In this document: in pieces, positions 35,309 through 45,455 of the stretch
Layout: each line of letters begins with the position of its first letter
Position numbering within the stretch: position 1 is the stretch's first letter
DNA from: Senegalimassilia sp.
Lineage (GTDB): Bacteria; Actinomycetota; Coriobacteriia; Coriobacteriales; CADBOM01
Assembly: GCA_963661535.1 (NCBI GenBank)
Contig: CAVLCC010000003.1
Span: 469-64,468 of the forward strand
Direction of reading: 5' to 3'
DNA length: 64,000 nt
Translations under genes and position numbers: made by a program
The notes under the pieces: generated by a model
Told to the model about the DNA's origin: nothing
The model's database searches: none
The model's input: the letters and a program-made list of their open reading frames with translations, nothing else

Positions 35309-36127
35309 TTATAAAATTGCTGCCCTAATTATTTTTTCTAGTCTTGCTGGCACATCGTCTTTTAAAGTATTTATATCGTCAATAGAAATTTCTTGATCTA
35401 AAATCCCTGCTGCCATGTTTGTAACAAGCGATACTCCAAGAGTCTCAATTTTGCATGACGAAGCAGCTATTACCTCGGGCACAGTTGACATACCAACAAG
35501 GTCTGCTCCCATAGTTCTAAAAGCTCGAATTTCTGCCGGAGTCTCAAAAGATGGACCTGCAACGCCTATATAGACTCCTTCTTTTAGCTCCTTTGCTTCT
35601 TGTTTTGCGGCTGACTTTACTTTGTCGCGCATTTTTGGGGAGTAGGCAAATGTCATATCGGGGTGAGGTGTGCCTAGTTTTGCATCTATGCTTATATCGA
35701 GCGGATTTTTTGCCATAAGATTAATATGGTCAGAGATGAGCACAAACTCCTCTAGAGAATATTGTGGATTTATGGCACCTGCAGCATTGGTGATTATCAG
35801 CTTTTCAACACCTAGAAGCTTCATTATAAAAATTGGGAAAGCAACCTCGCTTGCCGTGTAACCCTCGTATGTATGGATTCTTCCTTGCATACAAATTGTG
35901 GGCTGACCTGCAAAAGTTCCAATTACAAATTTGCCTGGGTGCGCTGGATTGGTGGAAGATCTCATATGAGGAACATCTTTGTAGGAAACAACGCTGTCAA
36001 CCTGCATACTATTAACTGCATCAGAAAGACCTGAGCCTAAGATAATCCCCAACTTGGGCAAAACCTTGCATGTCTGTTTGATATAATCAGTTGCTTCTTG
36101 AACCTCTGTATAATTAACCGTTGCCAT
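35309..36127 (-). CDS. purine nucleoside phosphorylase (PunA/PNP type)
   Basis: 272 aa with blocks GIILGSGL, HTYEGY, ITNAAGAINP, GPSFETPAEIR and VGMSTVPEV. Confidence 0.9.
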   Translation of the reverse strand: MATVNYTEVQEATDYIKQTCKVLPKLGIILGSGLSDAVNSMQVDSVVSYKDVPHMRSSTNPAHPGKFVIGTFAGQPTICMQGRIHTYEGYTASEVAFPIFIMKLLGVEKLIITNAAGAINPQYSLEEFVLISDHINLMAKNPLDISIDAKLGTPHPDMTFAYSPKMRDKVKSAAKQEAKELKEGVYIGVAGPSFETPAEIRAFRTMGADLVGMSTVPEVIAASSCKIETLGVSLVTNMAAGILDQEISIDDINTLKDDVPARLEKIIRAAIL

Positions 36128-36253
36128 TTATATCTCTCCAAAAACGATATCTCTCCAAAAAATTTTTAAACTTTATAATTCACTTACAAATTTATAAACT
36201 TTAATAATCGCTGCAAGTTAAACTTTTTGAAATTTAACTAATCAATACTAGCA

Positions 36254-39200
36254 CTAAGCAAAGGTTTTTGAGCTTATCAACGCGCTTGATATTGTTTTCT
36301 CGATTATTGGTAAATCTTCTTTGTTATATTCAAACTTTATGGTCTGAGGTTGTCCATCTTGATCAACATGTTCTACTCGCACAAATGCAAGCTCCACATA
36401 GTTTGCCCACGACGTAAGCAAAGCATATGCGTAACACATAGATTGCAGTGCATGCTTTTGGTAGAGCTCCTCCTCTGTTTGGTCTTGAGTTCCACCAGTT
36501 TTGTAGTCAATAACTAGTGCATCCGCGCTGCTTGGGTTAGAACAAAGCAGATCGATTTGACCATTTATAAAATGCGGAGTTTGTGGCTCATGACCTTGCT
36601 GCTGTGTGTGTTTGCAACTAAATTCCATACAAAATGGAACCTCTGCTTGCAAATTTTGATACGTTGCAGCTCGTGCAGCTATTTTGCTATTGCACCAATT
36701 TTCGAGTGCCTTCATATATCTTGAATATTGACGCTTTGAAATGTCAAACTTTGCCAAAATTGCATTGATTCTTGTTTGACTAGGAATCACAATGTTGCCG
36801 TTAGGGCTAGATGCGAAATCTACACTATCCGCACCATCGGTGCAATCGTTGCCATCGTTGTTATCTGTACAACTACCGCCCAACATTTCAGACAAAACCA
36901 TAAACTCTGCCGTTGCATGAAAAGCAGTACCCAGCTCAGTTGAACTATCTTCATCGGATAACAGCAACTCTCCCATGTAGTCGTATTTATCATCAATGTT
37001 ATGCGCAAAAACAGGCATAGCAGTATCTGCAATTGAACTATACGAAAACATGCCAGCCGCCTGGGCAAACCTGCGTTGTTCAACAATCATATCGTCTCTT
37101 GTTGCTGTGGGAGGAATACTAGTTGGCGCAGCTGCCTCAGAAGCACTTGCAATTTGCAGAGTCTCGTCACTACATAAAATTTGGCCTGTTTCTGTATCTG
37201 TTGACAAGTTAAGTGCCAAATATTGACCCTGCATAGAGTCGCCATATGCAAAAGAACCACAATCTTGCGGATATCCAAGATTCTCGTCTCCCAAGCTGCC
37301 AAAAAATGCTGTGCAAATATCTTCTGATAGCGAATCTGGAGAGACCTTGGAAGAACTTCTATATGGAGTGCAAACAATTATTGCTTCAGATGCTCTGGTA
37401 AGCGCGACATAAAATCTTCGCTTTTCTTCACCAAGTTCTTCGCGCGCATAAAAGTTGCGAATGCACTTCTCAAATTGTGCACGGCTGTCTAGTCTCTCTG
37501 CATCATCTATATTAGCTGCCTCTCCGCTTTTTTCATATTCGTCTGCTGCTTTTTTGAGATTGCCAAAATCCGAAATACTTGAGCCTGGTTTTAAGACAGC
37601 AAACGTATTTGCACGATATGCTTTGCAACTAAACGAAGAAGGCATTGAGCCTCGCTCAAACTCTGCAACAGCAACAACAGGAAATTCGAGACCCTTAGAC
37701 GCATGTATAGTCATAATTCTTACGGCTTGCAATTCGCCTGACATCAAAACTCCAGGGCCCTCTTTGCCACCGTTTTGAACCATACTTGCAAAAACAAATG
37801 TCATAGCATTTATTCCATAACAATATTCGTCTTCATAGTTAGAAATATAATCAATTGCCTTTAGCAAATTTGCACATGCCGCACTGCCTTGAGACCCAAG
37901 TGCACGCAGCCTATCCATATATCCAGAGTCTGAGAGCATCTGCGAAACAATACTGCTAATGCTTTGTTCTCCAAGACGGCAAAGCGCATCTTCAACTAGG
38001 CTGCGCAGCAACTGAAGTTCTGGAAGAGAATTATCATCTATGCTTGCCAATCCCTTGTCTAGGTGTTTCTTTTTGCCATCGCTAGAGCAAGTAATGTCTA
38101 TAAGTGTGTTGTCGGCAGTAGCAACCAGCCCATAGCCTAACATCTGGTATAGACACATTGTATCGTGCGGGTTTGCTAGAGCTCCCAAAATTGCAGCAAC
38201 TAGAGCACATTCTTGGCTTGACCAAAATCCTGAACCGCCCGCAATCACAACCTCAAAACCTTGCGCTCTTAGGGCATCGGCATATATATCAACATGTGTC
38301 ATGCCTCCTAAAAGCAAAACCATGTCTCCTGGGTTGCAACCGTTCTCGCGGAACTTTGAGAACTCTCGCGCTATTGCCGCAGCTTGATACACACGTTTTG
38401 TATGCGCATCCACCCCATCTGAGGAGCCTCGAGTCTTACCTTTTCCTCTTGCTGCAATTATTTGTGCTCTAGGCATTTGATAGTCTTTGTCTTTTGAGTG
38501 TGGTCTTCCCTCGTGCAAATACAAAAATCTGTTTCCAAAAACTCTAGGCTGCTCAAATATTCGATTAGCAAACTCCAATACACACCCGTTGGACCTAAAG
38601 TTAGTTTCTAGTTTTACTGGCTGAGTTCTGGCGTCCTCTATAAATTTGTCATAAACATTTACATCAGCACCCCTAAAGCCATATATAGATTGTTGTGCAT
38701 CTCCAACTGTGCAAAGCTGCGCACTTTCGTGCGTTATTAGCGAAATGATGTCAATTTGTAATTGTGAGGTATCTTGAAACTCGTCAACCATCAAAAGTCT
38801 AAACTGGTTTTTATATTCTTCTGCAATATCTGGGTAGTTCTTTAACAGTCTATAAGTTAAAACCATTAGATCATCGTTGTCTAGATAACCCTTTTGAAAC
38901 TTCATCGAATCATATATTTTATTTATGCCTTTTGCCAAATCTATTGCTTCTTGGAGCAAAGAATACGACTTATAGGAGCGAATTTCGTAACATGCTTGTT
39001 TCCAGGCCTCGATGTCTTCTAAAAAACTCTCAACAATATCTGGATAATCTTTTGCTTGCATTTTGCCAAGCTTTGCCGTCTCGCAGTTCAAAACTCTTGC
39101 AACATCTGCAAACTTATTGTTCTTATCTATAACAATGCGTTCAAGCTCACTTAGCAACTGACGTCTAGCCAAAAGACCATCTTTAAATTTCACAGTTTCA

Positions 39201-39841
39201 CAATCGCATGACTCATAGCGCAAAACTGCCTCTGAAAGTCTTCTATAAAGATTTTGAGCAACCTTAAGCGGCTGCATGGGTTTGGGTCCAATATTGATGG
39301 AATCAAACCCCAAAGAAGACGACTTAGCCGCAGAAATAAGACCTTCGACAATGTCTCGAACACTCGTTTCAAATTTGAGATTTGAACTTATTTTGTAGTC
39401 GGATAAAAACTCTACGGTGTCTCTGTCTGTTTGTGACAAAACCACTTCTATAGCTTCGTCCATTATCTTTTGACCATCGAGTTCATCTATGATTTTAAAT
39501 CCAGGGTCAACATTTGCCTCCAACGCATGGGATTTGAGTATCCTAGAACACATACCGTGTATTGTAGAAATCCAAGCTCCATCTACCAAAAGAGCTTGGT
39601 CGTGCAAACCCATTGATCTAAGAGTTGACCTAACTCTAGCCTTAATTTCACCAGCTGCTTTATTGGTAAATGTAATGGCTAGAACCTGATTGATATCACT
39701 TAACTGATCATTTTTAAGCATCCAACATATTTTTTGTGTGAGCGTAAATGTCTTGCCAGTTCCAGCAGCAGCAGAAACCACAAGTTTGCTATCTGTTGAT
39801 TCTATGCACTTGCGTTGAGCATCGGTATAATTTGCAGACAT
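36254..39841 (-). CDS. addA: ATP-dependent helicase/nuclease subunit A (UvrD-type helicase plus C-terminal PD-(D/E)XK nuclease)
   Basis: Walker A AAAGTGKT, Walker B/motif II MVDEFQDT, and a C-terminal nuclease block (GQIDLL...VIDYKTG). Confidence 0.85.
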   Translation of the reverse strand: MSANYTDAQRKCIESTDSKLVVSAAAGTGKTFTLTQKICWMLKNDQLSDINQVLAITFTNKAAGEIKARVRSTLRSMGLHDQALLVDGAWISTIHGMCSRILKSHALEANVDPGFKIIDELDGQKIMDEAIEVVLSQTDRDTVEFLSDYKISSNLKFETSVRDIVEGLISAAKSSSLGFDSINIGPKPMQPLKVAQNLYRRLSEAVLRYESCDCETVKFKDGLLARRQLLSELERIVIDKNNKFADVARVLNCETAKLGKMQAKDYPDIVESFLEDIEAWKQACYEIRSYKSYSLLQEAIDLAKGINKIYDSMKFQKGYLDNDDLMVLTYRLLKNYPDIAEEYKNQFRLLMVDEFQDTSQLQIDIISLITHESAQLCTVGDAQQSIYGFRGADVNVYDKFIEDARTQPVKLETNFRSNGCVLEFANRIFEQPRVFGNRFLYLHEGRPHSKDKDYQMPRAQIIAARGKGKTRGSSDGVDAHTKRVYQAAAIAREFSKFRENGCNPGDMVLLLGGMTHVDIYADALRAQGFEVVIAGGSGFWSSQECALVAAILGALANPHDTMCLYQMLGYGLVATADNTLIDITCSSDGKKKHLDKGLASIDDNSLPELQLLRSLVEDALCRLGEQSISSIVSQMLSDSGYMDRLRALGSQGSAACANLLKAIDYISNYEDEYCYGINAMTFVFASMVQNGGKEGPGVLMSGELQAVRIMTIHASKGLEFPVVAVAEFERGSMPSSFSCKAYRANTFAVLKPGSSISDFGNLKKAADEYEKSGEAANIDDAERLDSRAQFEKCIRNFYAREELGEEKRRFYVALTRASEAIIVCTPYRSSSKVSPDSLSEDICTAFFGSLGDENLGYPQDCGSFAYGDSMQGQYLALNLSTDTETGQILCSDETLQIASASEAAAPTSIPPTATRDDMIVEQRRFAQAAGMFSYSSIADTAMPVFAHNIDDKYDYMGELLLSDEDSSTELGTAFHATAEFMVLSEMLGGSCTDNNDGNDCTDGADSVDFASSPNGNIVIPSQTRINAILAKFDISKRQYSRYMKALENWCNSKIAARAATYQNLQAEVPFCMEFSCKHTQQQGHEPQTPHFINGQIDLLCSNPSSADALVIDYKTGGTQDQTEEELYQKHALQSMCYAYALLTSWANYVELAFVRVEHVDQDGQPQTIKFEYNKEDLPIIEKTISSALISSKTFA

Positions 39842-42800
39842 TTAAGCTCTCCTCTCTTTGCATCCAATTGCCATGCAATTTTTGCAGGTGTGTTTGCTTT
39901 TTGGAGCTGGGATAATTATGCCTTTTGAAATGTTATCTATAGCATCTTTAACTGCAAGCTCGGTATTCTCGATAAGCTCTAGGAAGCCGGCGCTTGACAA
40001 TCCATGAACTTCTTTATTTAAAAACATATATTCAGATCCGAGAACTTCCAAGTTGTTAATTGCACACAAAGATTTTGATTTTGAATAAGACCTATAAACC
40101 AGTCCAACAACATCTAGATCAAACACTTTTTTAGCTGCAGCAGCATAAAGCAACGTTTGCATTTTCTCAGGAATTTTTTTATTGGGATTAGCGTCGGCAT
40201 TTTCATCTTCTGAGGTTTGCTCCGCGTTAAAACGATAAGTTTCACCGATTGAGCCTTTATAGTCAATTATCACGGCTCTTCCATCTTTATCTATATCAAT
40301 TCTGTCGATTACCCCCGAAAACTTATGCCCTGCATATTCAAATATTTGGTCTTTGCCAAATTTCTTTTCAAACATAGACGGAACATATGGTTTCAAAAAC
40401 TCTTTGTCATCTTCTAGCAAAGTGCATATTTGCCTTTTATATCTGTCTAGGTCGAGCTTTTCTTTCTCAGACAAATTGCAAAATGGACTCTGCGGATTTT
40501 CTCTTATTTCTTGCTCGATATATTTCATAGTGCAGGCGTTAACCAAATTAACTATTTGTTCTGGTGTGGTCTCATCAATTCGCGATGGACCGCCTCGGCT
40601 AGCACAAATCTCAGAATAAACACCGTTTAGTACTCCATGAAACAAATTACCCTTAGCCAAAGCATCAATTTCGCAACCCAAACTTTGTGGACTAATTATT
40701 TTCTCCACAAACCACTTATAAGGGCATTGCATATATGACTCTACAAATGTAGCAGAAAGTGTTCTGGGAGCGTCGCTTGTGCCAAGAGCAGCCAAGGCAA
40801 TCTTTTTGCGATCTAGTTCACTTATCTCAGATGCTGACTGCGGATCTATTGGAACACTAAAGTTAGGGCTGCCATCCATAATTTTGGTTGGCTTACTCCC
40901 CTCATATGCAGGCTTAGAAATAAGCTCACAAATGAGGTGTTCATCTTTGATTGTGACTATATTTTGTTCTTTGACGCTATCGGTAATTGATTTTGGAAGA
41001 ACCGTTAATTTATCTAGAGCATCAAAATCATTTAGGTCTTCTCTATATGTGTCTGTTAATTCTTCAAATAACACACTTGGACGCACTTCGTTTCCATCTT
41101 TATCTGCCAAGGCTCGCTGAAATACAATCTTTTTTTGTGCTCCCCTTAGCGCCGAGTAGAAATTAAATCTCATTTTTGCAAGGTAGTTTTGTTGCACGGA
41201 GATACCAACTTTTTCTAAAAGCTGTATTCCTAAATCTTTGTCTTTTGATACTGGAAACGAGGTTGCGCTAAAGTCTGCAAATATAATTGCATCTCTCGGT
41301 TTATCTCCAGCGGCAGCCAAACGTCCAAACTCAACACATTTTGTTTCGCTCGAACCTTGCGCAACTACTTGGTATTTTATATTTGAATCTAGCAATTGGA
41401 GCATGCTTATGCACAAATCCAAAGGCAAATCTAACATTCGTCCAAACTCTATGGCACCAACAATTGATAATGCAGCAGCTTGTGATTGTGCCATCAAAGC
41501 ACTTTGATGTTGTGAGTTTGGACTAGAATCGTGCTTGCCGCTGGTTTCGGAAGCTTTAAGTGCGTCTAACATAGCATCTAGAATTTGCCCGCAATCATCT
41601 TGCTTAATTGCTTTAACAATTTTTGCTGATGTTTTTGACTCTTTTGCAATATCACTTAAAACTTTATCTTTAGTTATTCCCTTGGTGTTCAGCCAAATGG
41701 CACCCAGCAAATATGCTCTTTGTTTTGAAATTCCAGAGAATTTGCTAAGAGTAAAATCACACATCATGTTAACTGTGTTGTTCATTAGACCAACAAAAGC
41801 CTTACCAATTTGTGTTTGTGCTACACTACAACGCGTATTTCCATAAGACGAAATGCCCATGCGACGCAGCTTATCTTGAATGTCGAGCGTTGTGGTCAAG
41901 GTGTCGTTTATTACATAAATTTGTTCGGGTTCTATTCCGTCTTGTACAAGACGAGATATCTGCTGTGCTATGAGTTGCGGTTGCACCTTGACCCCAGTAG
42001 AGAATGCAAATCTAACATCGCCTACGGGTTTTGCTACCTCGTTGCCAACAAATATATTTTTGGTGATGGCTTTTATTTCAGGTGATGTGCCTGGCGTGTT
42101 ATCTGTGTCATCCGTGCCGTCCGTGTTATCTGTGGCAATTGTGCCGTCCTTGTTATCTGTGGCACTTGTGCCGTCCGTGTTATCTGTGGCACTTGTGCCT
42201 CCTGTGCCCACCTCATGGCTTGCTATAGAACTCATAAAATTATTAAGAGCTAACTTGCCATCCAAAAATTGTCCAATGAGCTCATCTATTTGTTCAAAAG
42301 CAGGATTATTGAGTCCTCGCTCAAAGAAGATATTGCAGTTGCGTCTTTCTAGAAAAGCAATTTGACAACCTGTTAATTCGCTAAATCCAACTGCAACTTC
42401 CGTGGGTTGTTCAGGGAGTGTGCAGGCCAAATTGCGCAGAGCTTCGCCCTCTTCTATAAAGCCATGCTCATCTAGCAAAGTTCTGTATCTTTTAAGCACT
42501 GCCCAAATGCGTCCCTCAGGTGTTGACAAGTTCTCGGGTTCTGCCAACTTAGCGTCCATGCTTGGGAGACCAAAACCTTTTCTTACAACATCTGCAAGCA
42601 TCTTAATAGTTCCAATAGTTGGATTAAATCTCTCTTCATCTGGCGCGCTTGGCATATTTTGTATGGTTGCAACCAGTGCCATTATCTGAATTCCAGAATT
42701 AGAAATTAGCCTACCATCTCCAAATAAGTTCCATCTGTCTCTTATATATTCATACATGGTGCAAATCTTCATGTTAAAAGCAAGATCTTGATAAGTTGTT

Positions 42801-43018
42801 GCAAATAAATTTCTCCAATAATCAACATCTGCACCCTTTGGCACTAACATAACCCTCGACTGCCCAAAAGGAACATCAGCCATGTGTTTAGCTACCATTT
42901 GCTGCATATGATTTGGATTTGTTGATATATGTATTGATGCTGGCATATTTAAAAACCTCTCGTAATTTCTCTCATGTTTTATAAATTTGCACTCAAGATT
43001 ATCAAAGGGGGCGGACAT
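39842..43018 (-). CDS. addB: helicase-nuclease subunit B (AddB/RexB-like) with C-terminal nuclease and Fe-S cysteines; no Walker A seen
   Basis: Abuts addA with zero gap. The C-terminus carries GVIDRIDI...IIDYKGS plus QCPYKWF...CKNCMAIGC (four Cys). The N-terminal start codon is uncertain (MPASIHIS is an alternative). Confidence 0.75.
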   Translation of the reverse strand: MSAPFDNLECKFIKHERNYERFLNMPASIHISTNPNHMQQMVAKHMADVPFGQSRVMLVPKGADVDYWRNLFATTYQDLAFNMKICTMYEYIRDRWNLFGDGRLISNSGIQIMALVATIQNMPSAPDEERFNPTIGTIKMLADVVRKGFGLPSMDAKLAEPENLSTPEGRIWAVLKRYRTLLDEHGFIEEGEALRNLACTLPEQPTEVAVGFSELTGCQIAFLERRNCNIFFERGLNNPAFEQIDELIGQFLDGKLALNNFMSSIASHEVGTGGTSATDNTDGTSATDNKDGTIATDNTDGTDDTDNTPGTSPEIKAITKNIFVGNEVAKPVGDVRFAFSTGVKVQPQLIAQQISRLVQDGIEPEQIYVINDTLTTTLDIQDKLRRMGISSYGNTRCSVAQTQIGKAFVGLMNNTVNMMCDFTLSKFSGISKQRAYLLGAIWLNTKGITKDKVLSDIAKESKTSAKIVKAIKQDDCGQILDAMLDALKASETSGKHDSSPNSQHQSALMAQSQAAALSIVGAIEFGRMLDLPLDLCISMLQLLDSNIKYQVVAQGSSETKCVEFGRLAAAGDKPRDAIIFADFSATSFPVSKDKDLGIQLLEKVGISVQQNYLAKMRFNFYSALRGAQKKIVFQRALADKDGNEVRPSVLFEELTDTYREDLNDFDALDKLTVLPKSITDSVKEQNIVTIKDEHLICELISKPAYEGSKPTKIMDGSPNFSVPIDPQSASEISELDRKKIALAALGTSDAPRTLSATFVESYMQCPYKWFVEKIISPQSLGCEIDALAKGNLFHGVLNGVYSEICASRGGPSRIDETTPEQIVNLVNACTMKYIEQEIRENPQSPFCNLSEKEKLDLDRYKRQICTLLEDDKEFLKPYVPSMFEKKFGKDQIFEYAGHKFSGVIDRIDIDKDGRAVIIDYKGSIGETYRFNAEQTSEDENADANPNKKIPEKMQTLLYAAAAKKVFDLDVVGLVYRSYSKSKSLCAINNLEVLGSEYMFLNKEVHGLSSAGFLELIENTELAVKDAIDNISKGIIIPAPKSKHTCKNCMAIGCKERRA
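42087..42194. repeat. 4 x 27-bp in-frame tandem repeat inside addB (T/D/N-rich 9-aa units)
   Basis: Units gtgcc(g/t)..cgtgttatctgtg.ca... at 42087, 42114, 42141 and 42168. They encode TSATDNTDG-like repeats. Confidence 0.8.
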
Positions 43019-43046
43019 TAATTATTTATTAACGAAAAATCTAGGG

Positions 43047-43166
43047 AAACCGCTGTTACTCTACGCCCACAAAGAAAGCCGCTGTTACTCCACGCCCACA
43101 AAGAAAGCCGCCGTTATTCTGTAACCACAAGAGAAGCCGCCGTTATTCCACCTTCTCTGCCAAGAA
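43047..43166. repeat. ~30-bp tandem repeat (4 decaying copies) straddling the stop codon of the ATP-grasp gene
   Basis: Units begin at 43047, 43077, 43106 and 43136 (a/gccgc(t/c)gtta(c/t)tc...cacaa(a/g)agaa). The stop codon (43114-43116) lies in unit 3. Unit 4 encodes the last 10 codons, GITAASLVVT. Confidence 0.8.
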
Positions 43167-44568
43167 TAATTGAGCCTGGTCCTTTGCGCGTAAATATTCC
43201 AGAAAACTTTCCACCCATGAGATAAAGCCCAGTTAGATTGTTATATTTCTTAGGCTCCTCAACATAGTCTTTCTCATCTCCATATAATGCAATCGACGGA
43301 GTTTGGTATAGCTCGCAATTTTCTTGCACCAAAAAATGCTGGTTTTGCTTGCGAGTTTTTGTTAGAAACTCATCAATAAGTTTTTCCCAAAGCTCTCGGC
43401 TTCTAAAGCACGAAACATAATCGCGACCAACAACTACGCCTCGACTGCAATATCCATCAGTTGGTTTGATAACCCATTTGCCTGGATTGGACTTAACATC
43501 ATTTAGATCAACTTCGTCTGAATCTAAAAATGCAGTAAAAGGAATGCATTCAAAAACCAGCTCTTTTTCTTCTTTTGTTAGGAGATCTAGAGTTTCGGGT
43601 GCTCGCATAACTCTAAAAACTTGCTTATCATGAACAATATTTGTGGAAAAGCCACCTATCAAAACCACTTTTTGTTCCAAGATGGCGTTAACGTAGCTTT
43701 GAGACTCCTCCCAATGTGCCTGCAAATCTGAAGCCACGCTCCTGCGCCATATCACATCTATGTTGCAGTTACTCTCACCCCATGCAGCGTTTTTTCCAAA
43801 TAAATGTTTTCCATCGTATGTGAGCTCGCGAACATCAAATACCGAAAAATTGTACCCCCGATTTTGGAAGAGCTGCCCATATATCTTAAATTCCTCAAAT
43901 GCTGCATTTTCTAAGAAATCAACTATTGCAATATTTGGCTTTTCTACGCTTTCATTATGCCTTGAATATATTTTCAAAAACTCATCGACCCAGCCATCAA
44001 ACAGTTCTTGGTCAAAGTTTGAGATGTTGTGTTGCCCGCTAAACTTCTTGTAAGGTTCGCTATGACATATCGCATTTAGGGCTTCGCGGTTTTCGTTCAT
44101 ACCCGAGGTGCCATCGGTGTTAAATTCGCAAAACTTTAGGGTGTTGGTTTCTTCGTTATGAAAGCAGTCTAAGCGAGCTATAGGCAAGGATTCTGTGTAG
44201 CCAGTGTCTGCACACATAAGTGGCACAAGTCTCTCATCAAAGTAAAAAAGCTCGCGATAGTTTGGATTGTTTTGATACTCACGAATTATCTTTGACAAAA
44301 TGCCATATAACATCTCAACTTTAGTCTTTAAAAATTCGTAAGTTGCTGAGCTATAGAGGCGAGGAATATAGTCTATATATACGGGTTGTCCGTCCCATAC
44401 AGCACTTGAACCCAATATATAGTACCAGCTTTCACGTCTGTTTTCTTCGTCATTTTTGTCTTGGTCTATAAATTTTATGTATTCTTGAGTAAGTTCGTTG
44501 CTGCTAGCATTCATATTGTCTGTCATTTTCATCACACTTCTTGGTTTTGTTGGCTGAAAAATACACAT
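43114..44568 (-). CDS. glutathionylspermidine-synthase-like ATP-grasp ligase (GspS/YgiC family)
   Basis: The block ARLDCFHNEETNTLKFCEFNTDGTSGM resembles the family signature (R.D...g..k..E.N.D.P). About 470-484 aa. The start is uncertain: 44568, 44532 or 44526. Confidence 0.55.
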   Translation of the reverse strand: MCIFQPTKPRSVMKMTDNMNASSNELTQEYIKFIDQDKNDEENRRESWYYILGSSAVWDGQPVYIDYIPRLYSSATYEFLKTKVEMLYGILSKIIREYQNNPNYRELFYFDERLVPLMCADTGYTESLPIARLDCFHNEETNTLKFCEFNTDGTSGMNENREALNAICHSEPYKKFSGQHNISNFDQELFDGWVDEFLKIYSRHNESVEKPNIAIVDFLENAAFEEFKIYGQLFQNRGYNFSVFDVRELTYDGKHLFGKNAAWGESNCNIDVIWRRSVASDLQAHWEESQSYVNAILEQKVVLIGGFSTNIVHDKQVFRVMRAPETLDLLTKEEKELVFECIPFTAFLDSDEVDLNDVKSNPGKWVIKPTDGYCSRGVVVGRDYVSCFRSRELWEKLIDEFLTKTRKQNQHFLVQENCELYQTPSIALYGDEKDYVEEPKKYNNLTGLYLMGGKFSGIFTRKGPGSIILGREGGITAASLVVTE

Positions 44569-44611
44569 ATAGTTTTAAGTTATCGCACATGCTATCTACA
44601 CACACTATGTT

Positions 44612-45400
44612 CTACGCGCTTCCTCGCATTTTTTGCACTTTTTTGCAAGCATTTATAAATGCTTGTCCTAGCTTAGCACTAAAAGGAGCATCTGGAACAA
44701 ATTCGGGGTGCCACTGAACTCCAACAAAAAAATCACACTCGGGATAATACAGACCCTCTATCAAACCATCCTCTGAGATAGCGCAAGCCTCCAAACTAGG
44801 TGCCAACCTGTCTATCGTTTGATGATGAATGCTGTTAACCCCTAGGCTTGTGGTTCCAAATATATTGTAAAGCTTTTTGTTTTGAATTAGCTCCACATTG
44901 TGAACTGCATGCATAGCTTTGTCGAGGTACCAGTGTTCTAAATGCTCATTAGGCATGTTGGGTATATATTGATGAAGTGTTCCGCCTAGAACAACATTTG
45001 CAATTTGAAACCCCCTGCATATTCCTAAGAACGGGAAATTTTGTTCGATGCAAAAGTACACAAGTTTTAGTTCAAATTGGTCGCGTTCAGGGTGAGGTTT
45101 GTCGGAATGAGATGACAAGGGTTGTCCATATAGAGCAGGGTCTATATCATCTCCACCTGGAATTAAGACTCCATCACACAAAGATAAAACATGGGCAGTA
45201 TCCTCAAAATTTTCTGAGTTTACGAGTAGAATCGCGCACCCTCCATGTTGTTCAACAAATTCAACGTAGTTTTTTCTTATCGAATAAGCTTTATCATCTT
45301 CTTGTTGAAAAGCGATTGCAATAACTGGTTTATGTTGAACTTCGCAGAGCATTTGCAGGTTATTTTTCTCTTGGTTTATGTTGGAGTTTTTAGCGTGCAC
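44612..45400 (-). CDS. gamma-glutamyl-gamma-aminobutyrate hydrolase family protein (peptidase C26, class I glutamine amidotransferase fold)
   Basis: Nucleophile elbow GICRGFQ, plus SIHHQ and VQWHPE. Start is either GTG 45400 or ATG 45352. Confidence 0.8.
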   Translation of the reverse strand: MHAKNSNINQEKNNLQMLCEVQHKPVIAIAFQQEDDKAYSIRKNYVEFVEQHGGCAILLVNSENFEDTAHVLSLCDGVLIPGGDDIDPALYGQPLSSHSDKPHPERDQFELKLVYFCIEQNFPFLGICRGFQIANVVLGGTLHQYIPNMPNEHLEHWYLDKAMHAVHNVELIQNKKLYNIFGTTSLGVNSIHHQTIDRLAPSLEACAISEDGLIEGLYYPECDFFVGVQWHPEFVPDAPFSAKLGQAFINACKKVQKMRGSA

Positions 45401-45455
45401 CTCAGTGCACTTCAGTGCATGTTAAACGTTTGCTTATATTTTTGTTTATGCCTCT

